A stretch of 64,000 bases of DNA from Yuukianura sp. NJ FZ-2021. Taxonomy: Eukaryota. The notes under the pieces were generated by a model, which made no database searches, had not been told where the DNA came from, and saw nothing but the letters and a program-made list of their open reading frames with translations. Within the stretch, counting starts at the first letter, position 1, and each line of letters opens with the position of its first letter. The stretch covers positions 14,880,001-14,944,000 of the forward strand of contig CM102285.1 of the NCBI GenBank assembly GCA_046563655.1, given 5' to 3'. Positions 59,760 to 64,000 of the stretch are shown piece by piece. The position numbers and the translations under genes were made by a program.

Positions 59760-59976
59760 AGGGTTCCACGAATTCACAAAAATGTGGGGTTCGACGAAAC
59801 TTTAACTATCTTCCAATATGGGGTTCCACGAATATTCATTCACAAGGGGTTCGACGAATTCAGAAAGATACGGGGTTCGACGAATCTTCAGAATTTGGAG
59901 CTCAGAATTTTAACCTGGGGTTCAACCAATTTACAAAAATGTGGGGTTCGACGAATCACTTAGGGGTTCGGCGAAA
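59760..59976. repeat. Interspaced array of about eight GGGGTTC(G/C)ACGAA motifs
   Basis: Copies near 59760, 59786, 59820, 59845, 59872, 59917, 59943, 59963. Confidence 0.85.
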
Positions 59977-62900
59977 TTTTAACTCGGAGATCCACATATG
60001 CTTGATATTTCGACGAATTTCTGGATAACAAAAAATTGAAAAAAGTTAGAAAATAAACGATTTAACCTTTATTGTTCCTGTGAGATAAAAATCTGCTGTT
60101 TCCTGTCGATTTTTCTTAAAAGTAGGTCTGTGCAAGAATTACGTCATACGAAGTAGGGGGGAGGGTAATTTCCACCCCACCTCTCAACCACCCAAAGTCA
60201 TCATTTACGATACCCGTCAAAACCCAATTGCTCCAAAAATGTCAATGTCAGCACTGTTGGGTCATTCTGTACAAAGGAGTTTGACTGTTCCAGAAGAAAT
60301 TGGTTTTTAGAGACACAAATTCCAGAGATTACTTTAGTACTCTGCAACATGCAATCCACCCATTTACAACACAACTCCACGTGAACGTAAATGTAGAAGG
60401 TCAAGGTACAATTAGCAACTCTTACAAAGAATGGCAATTTGTTCTACAACTAAAAATAAGCTTCTTAACAATCCACTTTAACAACACTTTTACAACTGGC
60501 CTAATGTGAGACTACTTTGTAATAAATTCTGGAAAAAACCGGAAGAACGGAGTCGAAACTTCACTTAACGGTCCCACCGTGCCTGCTACCGTCAAGGACT
60601 AAAAGACTAAAAACAAATTCCACTAAAAAGAGTTCCTAAAATTCAACTGATAAATTCTGCGTGAGTCTAAAAGATTAGATAATTGTTAGCCCCAGAAATG
60701 TTGCTGATGAAAAATTTCGCGATCACAACATGTTTGTCTGTACTGTTATTATTATTAATTTACCAAATGCATAACAATTGAAGATGACCTTGGAGAAACC
60801 GCGGTCATTTTTTGAAATTAGGTCAGTAAGTCAACACGGAGCTTCCATTTTGAAAATTCGAAATTTTTGATATTTTCCCCATGGGGGGTTTTTCACCGCA
60901 AATCAACAAACAACTGTCAAACTCAATTTGAGGGTTTCCTGTTTTAGTTTTTGTTAGTTTTTTAAAAACTGTTGATTTTCCTTGTGTTTTGGACACCACT
61001 GTGAAAAATTGAGTGACCACTGTGAAAAATACATGTCAATTTGGCGTCTTCCACAACTTCCTGACCTGTCTAAAAACCAATTTCTGCTGACTGGAGCTCA
61101 TTTATTCCCGGTTTCCGCCAAAACCCTAAGCCTAAACCGAATGACTTCCTTCCATGAGTCTACTGGAGGAAAGACGTGACTAGACAACAGTCAAAAACCT
61201 AATCTTGACGTGATCTCAAATACACTTTGGGTTTACGTTAGGCTAGTCAGGTTTATGTTAGGTTAGTTAAGGTTAGGTCTACGCGATGATTACTTGAACA
61301 AGAACTCAATCCACTTCCACTGAATTCGCCCCCACAAAATAAATCCTCCGGAGAAATCATCCGAAAAATGATTTTCAAAAACTTTTTTTTCTCGAACTTT
61401 CTCCCTCCATAGCATAGCCAACTTCTTACCATTTTAAATTACTTTTTTCTTTCCAATTTTCTCAAAAAAAAAATTTTTTTTCAATTTTTAAAAATGAAAC
61501 TCAGCCATAATACACCTACACTGTTTTCATTTCTTCCACTAACGCCTCCTTCTCACTTCGATTTTTGTGTAAACGCGAGGAATCGATTAACGATAGGAAG
61601 TTGGGAATAATATTCATAAGTCTATCGATTGCACAAGACACACTTTACGTTTTTAAGAATAACAACTTATGAAGGTTTCACTAACAAAAGCCCTGGAACC
61701 ATTAACCTAACATAAACATAATCTAAAACCTAACCTTTGACATAAAAACCTAATCTAAAACCTAACAAAGTTGTTGAGCTTATAAATGAAAATTGGCGCT
61801 TCCTGAACAAAATCCACTTGAAATGAATTTCAATTTGGAGAACACAAAAAGCATTTATCACTCTCCGCCAAACGGCGGCTTGTCAAGAGCTTCTTTTCAT
61901 TACAAAAGAGGCAAAAGAAGATAAAGACTCAGCCATTTAACAAAACACTTAACACTTTTCAAAATTTACAAAAAAATCAAAGTTTAAAATCAAACACCTT
62001 TCAAAATTTAAAAAAATCAATAGTAGGTTCCGAACGTAACTTCGGAGTTAAATTTCACAAAAGTTTTCATTTAAAAAAAATTTTTGACTGGAGAAAACTG
62101 AATTTTGTGCATGAAAAATGAATCGGAGAGAAGCGGGAGAAAAATGGATAAAATTGGAAGAAGAGAAAACAGAATTGATTTGTGAACCTGTCTACATCCG
62201 AAACGACTATGATACTTTTCCGTTAACGGCTAAACGGCTCGATTGAGTTATGATCATAAGTGCTTAGAGTATCCTCAGAAATTTAATAAAAGTGTGCGTT
62301 CATCTTTGGATGTAATTTGATTTATGTCCTCATTCCACAAAAAAAGAGGAGAAAAACAGCCCAAACCGCACCAAAATTTCACTTTTTGTAATTTAGTATT
62401 TTAGTCATCAAATTTCAATAGGTTTCTCTTCTTCCTTTGAACTTTTAGACTAACACAAAAGTCAAAACAGGCTTTTCATGTGATAATTCACAAATTACGT
62501 AACAAAAGCATGGGGGGTTAAGTGTACCACTTTAGAGAAGAGTGGGGGGGGGATTTAGAATGAAATTGCATAAATTGAAACAACAAAAGAGAAATCACCC
62601 CAAAGTGACTTTTGTTTTCCTTAATTAAATGGTGCAAATCAAGTTCAAAGCACGCGACAAAAAAACACAATTCTGCGTATGCTAATTAATTATGTAAGCA
62701 TGAAGTGTGAATGGTCTTATTAAAACCAAACAACAAACAAACGCAAGTCACAAAAAACTGAAGTTATCACACAAATCAATCTAAACATTATTAAATTCTA
62801 CCAATTACCTTGCTGCATTTTGCTCCGCCTCTCCCCCCACGGTTTAATTGCAAATCAAACTGTCAATTTAAGTAAACTATACAAATCAAACCTTTACCAC

Positions 62901-64000
62901 AAAAAAAAAGCAAAACAAAGAGTTTTAGTGTTTAGTGGAAATGGAAATCGATAGAAAGCTTTTGCCGCAAGCATAGTTTTCCATTTCATTCGTAATTGAT
63001 CATTGTTTGCTCAAGGAAGCTTCAAGATCCCATGTCATTCAATACTTCTTTTCTTTTCCACAACATTTCAAAAAAAATTTTTTTTTTTTTGAAAAAGTGC
63101 AATTTGGAGTTTGAAATTACGATCCTGCCAAACCTGTCTTGTTTCATTTTTGTATTTCTCGTCAAGCCTTGTCACTTTTACTTTGTTCCACTTTTCACTT
63201 TACAAAGTCTACATAGAATGAAGTACGTAAACAATTGGATTTCTGTCATAAAACTGTCGCGCTACTCTCACTTTTTTCCAAGTTTTAAATTTCAAAAAAC
63301 ATAGCGAAAATTTTGAAAACCCAAAATTTCTGTACTGCTGTAGCGAAATATGGATTTTATGAGGCCAAAATCTAGTTTTTTTAAATTTGGATTTATAACA
63401 AATTCTGCAAAGATCTTGTTTCTTACCTTTTCAAAATCATGAACTAATAAATTCTGCAGTTTTTGAAATTTCTCAGATTCTTTCGAAATTTTGAAAATTG
63501 AGGTTAGGAATACACAAAAGAAAGGTGTTAAGAAAGATTGCGTTTGTGTTGATTTTGACTTGTAAGCCACAGAAGTTGGTTGTTAAGCCAGAGAAAGGAG
63601 AAAGTTCTTTTGTTTCTGGAGCTTAGGAAGTTTTAAGCCAAAGTGAATGGGAAGACTAAGCTGGGTGAACTGAGGGCTGGAATGGACGCTGGAAGCGCAG
63701 GGCAGTGCTCAACAAGCGTCAATTCCCAAGGCTAAACTCCCGTTCTGCAAGGACTCAACACAGTTCTGGACAAGGTTCCTTGACAACGAAAAGCGAATTT
63801 TTTAACAGGTTGGGTACTACCTCGGTTGTTGACAAAAAAAGGTACCAAATCTAAATCTTTAATAGGTGAGGTAATACCACATTCTTTTTTTACAAAATCA
63901 AAACATGTGGTATTACTCCACCTATTAAAGAAAATCAAAGTCAACAAACCTTGGTTCCGACTTTCGACCACTTTCACTCCCACCTCCAAACAACAAAATA

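Overview
Eukaryotic, AT-rich, intron-dense genomic DNA, most likely from an arthropod; the species cannot be identified from sequence alone. Gene order: last exon of a coracle/protein 4.1 gene (+), pancreatic-lipase-like gene (+), focal adhesion kinase (+) with an antisense nested AANAT-like acetyltransferase, a head-to-head deadpan-like (-) and hairy-like (+) HES pair, COX5B (-), SF3B5 (+), TLDC1/MEAK7 (+), an NWD-type NACHT-WD40 gene (+) with an intronic antisense tRNA-Gln(CTG), and PPP1R16/MYPT-75D-like (-). Two MITEs and several tandem or interspersed repeats are visible. The most unusual signal is non-coding: a ~12 kb domain around the hairy-like gene saturated with AAGGGCCCTT/CCCTTAAGGG palindromes, AGGTCA/TGACCT nuclear-receptor-like arrays abutting splice sites and stop codons on either strand, and a general patchwork in which short introns are each filled by one motif class. 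Exon coordinates were read by eye and may be off by a few bases; motif counts are manual estimates.
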